Source: a virus
DNA: 38,138 bases
Virus record (IMG/VR): IMGVR_UViG_3300027895_000005
Coordinates: 1 to 38,138 of that record
Direction: 5' to 3' (one strand)
A program made the translations under genes and the position numbers. Under the pieces are notes generated by a model. That model did not search any database. It was not told the origin of the DNA and worked only from the letters and a program-made list of their open reading frames with translations. Positions 33,076-38,138 of this stretch are shown piece by piece (the first letter of the stretch is position 1; each line of letters opens with the position of its first letter).

Positions 33076-33408
33076 TCAGAACGGTCCGGCAAATGGAATG
33101 TTGCTCCGGCGGATGTTCTCCCAGAACCACGTTCCCCGACTGCTGGCGGCCAGCATGCCGGTGAGATAGCTGATCGGGCAGTCGTACACGTAAAACTGCC
33201 CGCTCCCCAGGAACCGCACCCCCAGGCAACTCTTGACGCCCCGTTCGACGCTGGAGAAATACGCGACCCCGACGATGTTGGTGCTTCCCGTGACCGTCTT
33301 CCAGTTGTCGGGCTGCGAGAAGTAGAACATCGCCTGCGGCGGCGGCGTCCACCGGGGGCCGTTTGTGCCGAAGCCGAAGAACTTCTTGACCGCTTTGAAG
33401 AATCCCAC
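33076..33408 (-). CDS. KTSC-domain protein
   Basis: STNIVGVAY...LGVRFLGSGQFYVYDCP...MLAASSRGTWFWENIR. GGAGG RBS before the GTG. Confidence 0.82.
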   Translation of the reverse strand: MGFFKAVKKFFGFGTNGPRWTPPPQAMFYFSQPDNWKTVTGSTNIVGVAYFSSVERGVKSCLGVRFLGSGQFYVYDCPISYLTGMLAASSRGTWFWENIRRSNIPFAGPF

Positions 33409-33501
33409 TGTGGATGCCTCCCCAAATCGCATCGAACATGGGCGTCAGAGGGGATATGATGACGAGACGAGCAGCGGGAGAGCAAAGCAGAGGGACGCGA
33501 G

Positions 33502-34233
33502 ATGGCATCATTGCAGGCGGTTGCGCCGGTCAAGGTCACGCTGGAGGGTGGTGATCTGGGAGGAGTGAGAACCTTCACCCTCGCCGGGGCGGACGTGCAG
33601 ATCAATCCACGCTATCGAGACGTGATGGGCGGGAACGGCCTTCCCGTGGATCAGGAATATCGCGGTACGGATCTCGTCATCAGCGGGAGTGTCATCCCCT
33701 CGCAGGAGCAACTTGCCGCCGCCGTTCCCGCCGTCCGTCCGGAGATCGCCCTGGCACAAGCCGTGCTTCGTGCCGACTGGCTGGCGGCGTATGCGCTGCG
33801 GGACCTGCTGGCGGAAGCGCCGCCCGGGGAAGCGGCGTGGATTCCGCAGAAGCCGACGCGAGAATGCCTCTACTGCAAGACGACGGAGCAACTGCGAATA
33901 GGTTCCGATGTGGATGATCAGGCGATGAAGATTCGCTGCGCCCGTTGCCGTAGCGTCCACGCCTCCGCTCCGTTGCATCTGTTCTTGACGGCTGCCAGGG
34001 TGTGGGACAAGGCGGATCGCGCCGTTCGCACCTGGGTATTCAATGAGGCGCCGACGCTGCTCCAGTTGCTGTTTGACATGGGCTTCGCCAGTAACTGGAT
34101 AGCCCTGCTGCCGCCGGGAGTCGCGTGGCCAAGCTGGATGGCAGAAGGGTCGGGCAGCCCGAACGAGAAAGACATTGGCGAGGGATGGCGTGTCGTCCTC
34201 GGCTGGCCTGCCAGAGAGGAGGCCGACGTATGA
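33502..34233 (+). CDS. Mosaic hypothetical protein (tail-tube-like fragment, TIGR02996-like helix pair, Zn finger)
   Basis: GAGGGA RBS, CLYC...CARC, and first gene of the plus-strand cassette. Confidence 0.7.
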   Translation: MASLQAVAPVKVTLEGGDLGGVRTFTLAGADVQINPRYRDVMGGNGLPVDQEYRGTDLVISGSVIPSQEQLAAAVPAVRPEIALAQAVLRADWLAAYALRDLLAEAPPGEAAWIPQKPTRECLYCKTTEQLRIGSDVDDQAMKIRCARCRSVHASAPLHLFLTAARVWDKADRAVRTWVFNEAPTLLQLLFDMGFASNWIALLPPGVAWPSWMAEGSGSPNEKDIGEGWRVVLGWPAREEADV

Positions 34234-34829
34234 GCAACCGCACCACCACCAGACGCTGGCGCATCTACCATGTCCCGGAAGAGGCCGTCCTGTCGCTCTT
34301 CATCGGCCGGCGGACGCCCGAATGCCTCTACCTGCCTGTGCCGACGAACCTGCCGGCTGACGCCGTGGTGCGCGACGTCAAGCACTGCTGGGAGAACAAC
34401 ACCTTCGGCTTTCGCGTGGAAAGCGCGGAGTTCGACGTAGTTGCCGATGGGGACATGACGCCGACGGCCGGCTTGCTCGAATGGGAATCGCTCAAAGTGA
34501 TGCCGGACCCCGGGAGCGCAGACAACCCCATGCGCTACGACCTGCTGGCCGCGGCGATGGACGAGACACAGCACTTGCGTGGGATCTTCGGCGACCTGCG
34601 CAACGACAGTCCGGCGATCAAGGCGGCGTATGAGCAAGGCGTCCAGGAAGAAGGCGAGCGTGTGCTGGGACATCTCAGCGCAGCCATCGGGGACTGGAAG
34701 AAGAGCAACGACAGCGACAAGGGCATCGTCATTGCCGCGCTTTCCATGACGGCGTCCTGTATCACGCATCGAGGCATAACGCGAGAAGAAGCCTTGAGTA
34801 AGCTCGCCCCGTCAGCACGCAACCGGTGA
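34230..34829 (+). CDS. Hypothetical protein
   Basis: GGAGG RBS, ATGA coupling, and LPADAVV...FGFRVESAEFDVVADG. Confidence 0.75.
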   Translation: MSNRTTTRRWRIYHVPEEAVLSLFIGRRTPECLYLPVPTNLPADAVVRDVKHCWENNTFGFRVESAEFDVVADGDMTPTAGLLEWESLKVMPDPGSADNPMRYDLLAAAMDETQHLRGIFGDLRNDSPAIKAAYEQGVQEEGERVLGHLSAAIGDWKKSNDSDKGIVIAALSMTASCITHRGITREEALSKLAPSARNR

Positions 34830-34888
34830 AACGCGGCGATGGGCTTGCCAGACACCCTTTACGGTCTGCCGATCGTGGTGGAGGAACC

Positions 34889-35626
34889 GTGATCACTTTC
34901 GATGACCCCGTCCTCATCGCTGGCATGCAGTCGGAATCGCCCCCTGACATGCTCGTGGACTACCTGCAGGACGCTGGATGCGACCTGGGCAACCTGCTGG
35001 CGTTGTTCACAGGCAAGCCGCCACGCTGGGATCACCGCGCCGGGCAGGGCTTGCTGTGCCGCTGGCTGGAGGTGGTGGAAAGGGACAGGACGGTGCGGCG
35101 CACGAAGAAGGGGCCGATTCGCCCGGCTTATGCGGTGGTTGCCGCGATGGCGCCACGAACGCCGAAGCCTCCCGAAGGAGCATGGCGCGACCGCTTCAAT
35201 CGGGGGTATGACAACTTTGGCGAGGTGTCGGCGGATCGCAAGGCGTCGGCCGTGTTCGTCGGCTACCACGAGGCGGAACCTGACGGTTGGGGAATGAGGC
35301 CAGCGTCGCCTCACAGCCTCGCGCTCGACTGTCCCGCATGCCAGGAGAATAAGACGCCTGTTGCCAGGATTGGAACCGTCCCTCTGCTGTCGCAGGACTG
35401 CTACGGCCGCCCCGGGCATATTCTGGCCGGCGCCTGCCCGACGTGTGACACGCTCTTCTGGGTCGCCACGGACGTGCGCCCGGAGATGATCCCGTTCAAG
35501 CGGCGCATCCTGGCGCTGTTCCCTGACGTGATGTGTCCGGTGCTGTGGGCGGACAAGGTGAGGTTCGTCAAGGCGCCGGATCTGATCTCACCTGGAGAGG
35601 AGGAGAGGTTGCGATGGTTGCGATGA
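34889..35626 (+). CDS. Hypothetical protein with TIGR02996-like N-terminus and CxxC...CxxC
   Basis: GGAGGA RBS and GTG start, PPDMLVDYLQDAG, and CPAC/CPTC. Confidence 0.7.
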   Translation: MITFDDPVLIAGMQSESPPDMLVDYLQDAGCDLGNLLALFTGKPPRWDHRAGQGLLCRWLEVVERDRTVRRTKKGPIRPAYAVVAAMAPRTPKPPEGAWRDRFNRGYDNFGEVSADRKASAVFVGYHEAEPDGWGMRPASPHSLALDCPACQENKTPVARIGTVPLLSQDCYGRPGHILAGACPTCDTLFWVATDVRPEMIPFKRRILALFPDVMCPVLWADKVRFVKAPDLISPGEEERLRWLR

Positions 35627-36318
35627 TGCCGCTGCAACGTCCCGACGCCGTCCTGTCCGGCATGGTCGCCGACGCCTGCCGCGATCCCTCGCTCTGGCCG
35701 GTTGCCGTGGACTGGATGGTCGAGGAGAAGACGCCCGTCAGCGACGTGGCGCTGCTCTACGCTGGCTCGCCGCCCGATTATGTGGACGGCCTGCCGCAGA
35801 AGTGGCTGATTCAATGGATGGAGGCGACGGGGGAGAGAAGCCTCGAAGCGCGGTCGATGAAAATGATCGGGAAGTCACTTTGTGGGCAGGTGCCGGGGCA
35901 GATGCTGGACGATATATTCGACGGCCTTCCGGTTCGTCTGTTCTCTTCCGATGCGAGAAATAGTGTTGCGGCAGCGCTTCGCGCAATTAAACGAGGGACG
36001 CTAAACAGTCAACCGTTTCGGTCGCTGAGGTTCAGCCTGGGTGCGAGCATAGGCTTGCTGGACATCGAGCTTGACCGACGGTCAAGCAATGCCAGGCTCA
36101 AGGCGCTGTACGGTAGAGGCTTCCGCCGGGACATGCCTATCGAGGTATGGGAAGACCGCCCAAACCGCTGCATCCAGGTCAGGCAGAGGTTGACCGCCGT
36201 CGAACTGATCCCGCCCGAAGATCTGCGGAATCGGGATGTGCTTGTAATGGGCTCGTCGTGGGCAAACCTGATCCACCTGATTCATGGTCGCCGGCAACCG
36301 TCACTACCTCCCCCCTGA
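35614..36318 (+). CDS. Hypothetical protein with TIGR02996-like N-terminus
   Basis: GGAGGAGAGG RBS, overlap with the upstream stop, and DPSLWPVAVDWMVEE. The start is 35614 or 35623. Confidence 0.7.
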   Translation: MVAMMPLQRPDAVLSGMVADACRDPSLWPVAVDWMVEEKTPVSDVALLYAGSPPDYVDGLPQKWLIQWMEATGERSLEARSMKMIGKSLCGQVPGQMLDDIFDGLPVRLFSSDARNSVAAALRAIKRGTLNSQPFRSLRFSLGASIGLLDIELDRRSSNARLKALYGRGFRRDMPIEVWEDRPNRCIQVRQRLTAVELIPPEDLRNRDVLVMGSSWANLIHLIHGRRQPSLPPP

Positions 36319-36329
36319 GAGGCAATCAC

Positions 36330-36608
36330 ATGACCGAAAGCGAAGAACGCGCCTACCAGATGGGGCGCAAGGCGTTTGCCCGGACCATCCTCGCTGAGGC
36401 GGTCGCCGAGCTGGGGCACGGCCCAGAGCGTGACGTCGAATCGTGGCGTCTGGAGCGCGCCGACACGGTGGCGATGCTCCGATCCCTCTGCGAGACCTTC
36501 GGCGACAACGACTGGCCCGATAACCTGCATCTGGCCGATGTGATCGACAAGCACCTGGGGCGGCACCTGCACGCAGAGCGCCGGGACCGTTTGGCCGAAA
36601 GCGAGTAA
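36330..36608 (+). CDS. Hypothetical protein (FGDNDWPDNLHLADVIDKHL motif)
   Basis: GAGAGG RBS and a motif-like helical protein. Confidence 0.75.
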   Translation: MTESEERAYQMGRKAFARTILAEAVAELGHGPERDVESWRLERADTVAMLRSLCETFGDNDWPDNLHLADVIDKHLGRHLHAERRDRLAESE

Positions 36609-36671
36609 CGTTGCCATCCCTTAGCACCTTCGCCACACCTCGGCCATCAGGGAATCCAGGGTGATCCCCCA

Positions 36672-36833
36672 TTACAGTTCGGACTCTTCCCACTGGTCGG
36701 CGGGTATCGCCAGCGTCGTCGCCACGATCCGGCCGCGAGCCTCGACGACTACCTCGGCCGCACCGTCAGGCGTTTCCGGCATCACGGTGATGCACAGATC
36801 CAGCGGGCGGTGGGGAAGCGGGTGCGTTGGCAT
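36672..36833 (-). CDS. 53-aa hypothetical protein
   Basis: TAATG coupling and GGAGAGG RBS. Confidence 0.5.
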   Translation of the reverse strand: MPTHPLPHRPLDLCITVMPETPDGAAEVVVEARGRIVATTLAIPADQWEESEL

Positions 36834-37042
36834 TACTGGCCCTCTCCCGCAAACACCCGGAATGTCCCCGTGTAGAGGCAACGGGCATCATCATAGGTGA
36901 TCCTGGCTGACGCGGGAACGATCGAATGGCCGTTCTTTCTGGCGATATCCATTCTCGCGACAAGCTCAGCAGTCAGAGTTCCAAGGGCGTCGCCTGGCGC
37001 GAACTCGCTGACCGTGAGTGTAACCGTCACTTCCTCGCCCAT
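36833..37042 (-). CDS. 69-aa hypothetical protein (MGEEVTVTL...)
   Basis: GAGGGA RBS directly after the stop of the large upstream gene. Confidence 0.6.
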   Translation of the reverse strand: MGEEVTVTLTVSEFAPGDALGTLTAELVARMDIARKNGHSIVPASARITYDDARCLYTGTFRVFAGEGQ

Positions 37043-37046
37043 CCGT

Positions 37047-38138
37047 TCATCCCTCTCTGGCTGCCCGCACGAAGATCTCCGCGCTCGCCTCATCTCCCTC
37101 CGCCATCGCGGATTCGGCAGCACGGCGGTATCGCAGGGCCATACCGGTGCGGGCGTAGTGGGACGGCGTTGACAGTTCCGACACCTTGACGGACGTCTCA
37201 AAGGGAGGACCGCTTTCCGGCCGCACAATGACACGAGCGACCTTCTCGCCGGTTGTCGGGTCGTTGTGGAAACCGCGGAACTCTGCCGGCATGGATCCGG
37301 CGCGGCCTGTGTAGGTTAACTCCTGACCTACCTTGAAGGAAGCTGAAACCGCCGGTGGTTCCGTAACCCGAATCTGAACCCCACCTTTCCCACTTCCGCC
37401 GGCAAGGCGATCTGCGATGGAGTTGGCTTCCGCAAGCACCTTGTTGATGCTGGCGGCGTTCTTCTGGGTCGCCGCCCATCGCCCCACAGCGTCTACGCGA
37501 TCCTTCAAGGCCTGCGGATCCGCCGTGCCGCTTGCGAGGTCATTGCGGATTGCCTGCAATTCGTCGGAGGCGTCGCGCGATCCACGAAACGCCCTTGGCT
37601 TGTTCGCAGCCGTCGAGGCAGATCCCCCTTCCTGTTGCCGTCCTCTCGCTGCTTCGCGGAAAATGCGTGCCGACGCCTCATCGCCGGAAGCAGCGGCAGA
37701 GGATGCGTGAGACTCGAGGGCGGCGACGTGGGGAGTGGGGATGACCTTCCCCGGCATCTCCAACCCAGCCCGCTTGAACACCCTCTCAACCTGCGCCCGG
37801 TCCAGTTCGCCGACGTTGCCCTTGAGCCATGCCGCCGCCCGCTGGAATTCGCTCGCCCCGGGCGATCCGCGCATCTCGTCGCTGGTCATGGCGCGAGCGA
37901 GACGGCCGACGTGTGCGGGGTCCAGGCCGCGCTCGCTGCCGATGGCTTGCAGGGTGGCGGCGTCAGTGGGGGAGAAACCTTGCGAGACGAGGGCCTTGTG
38001 GGCGTCGGTAGGTGGTGCGGCTGGCGCTGATGCCGCCTCTACAGGTTCCAGATTGGCCAGCCAGTTCTTCAACTCGTCCGGCTCAAGAAGTCTGTGTGGA
38101 CCCTTCTGTTTATCGTCTTCAATGACGGCGTATCCTCG
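37047..38138 (-). CDS. C-terminal part of a large modular, probably head-associated protein; partial
   Basis: The frame stays open to the window edge (RGYAVIEDDKQKGPHRLLEPDELKNW...). Ala-rich helical modules plus an SH3-like FKVGQELTY...VKVSEL module. Lies upstream of the prohead protease. Confidence 0.7.
   Translation of the reverse strand, partial: RGYAVIEDDKQKGPHRLLEPDELKNWLANLEPVEAASAPAAPPTDAHKALVSQGFSPTDAATLQAIGSERGLDPAHVGRLARAMTSDEMRGSPGASEFQRAAAWLKGNVGELDRAQVERVFKRAGLEMPGKVIPTPHVAALESHASSAAASGDEASARIFREAARGRQQEGGSASTAANKPRAFRGSRDASDELQAIRNDLASGTADPQALKDRVDAVGRWAATQKNAASINKVLAEANSIADRLAGGSGKGGVQIRVTEPPAVSASFKVGQELTYTGRAGSMPAEFRGFHNDPTTGEKVARVIVRPESGPPFETSVKVSELSTPSHYARTGMALRYRRAAESAMAEGDEASAEIFVRAAREG

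Larger units (their letters stand above)
1..38138 (-). mobile_element. Tailed phage/prophage morphogenesis and lysis region (probably non-contractile tail, probably planctomycete host)
   Basis: Co-directional protease/scaffold, capsid, adaptor, tube, frameshifting chaperone, tail-tip and membrane-protein genes with tight ATGA/TAATG coupling. No integrase or att site is in the window, so phage versus prophage cannot be decided. Confidence 0.93.

Noticed and set aside
36282-36672. Minus-strand ORF 36282-36617 and a 16-codon ORF at 36620-36672
   Set aside because: The first is antisense to a better-supported plus-strand gene and the second is too short to support. They may be remnants at the cassette insertion boundary.
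1-38138. Contractile injection system, gene transfer agent or stop-codon recoding
   Set aside because: Capsid and protease genes are present, no sheath is visible, there are many morons and homing nucleases, and TAA, TAG and TGA all end well-supported genes.
1-38138. tRNA, rRNA, integrase or att sites
   Set aside because: None recognisable by eye. The intergenic gaps are short. A tRNAscan/Infernal run would be needed to exclude small RNAs.

Overview
This window is the virion morphogenesis and lysis region of a GC-rich tailed phage or prophage, read almost entirely on the minus strand (right to left). The gene order is: C-terminus of a large, probably head-associated protein; small ORFs including a KTSC protein; Mu-like prohead protease with a nested scaffold; decoration proteins; major capsid protein; head-tail adaptor; tail tube; G/GT tail chaperone with a -1 frameshift site; an atypical Pro-rich gene at the tape-measure position; tail-tip proteins, including a 1035-aa Cys-rich protein; a two-domain glycosyltransferase; a beta-propeller protein with a planctomycete LEPRxLL-type N-terminus; Gly/Ala-rich fibre-like proteins; several small membrane proteins; and an S53 (kumamolisin-like) peptidase. 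No sheath gene is visible, so a non-contractile tail is inferred. The host is probably a planctomycete, inferred from the RPNLETLEDRIALA motif, the MIRFTCxxC zinc-ribbon membrane protein, the RRRPFVPF-type small protein and degenerate TIGR02996-like motifs. Accessory material is inserted into the operon: a LAGLIDADG/AlpA/XRE/3xDUF2158 island (17.0-20.5 kb), an endonuclease VII/HNH gene, and an opposite-strand five-gene cassette (33.5-36.6 kb). The most notable observations are: a pro-domain-less S53 protease in the lysis position; truncated paralogues of structural proteins; repeated duplication of gene 3' ends around inserted modules; a perfect 32-bp palindrome over a ribosome-binding site; and a possible virion-glycosylation module. 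All family assignments come from motif recognition and synteny, not from database searches.
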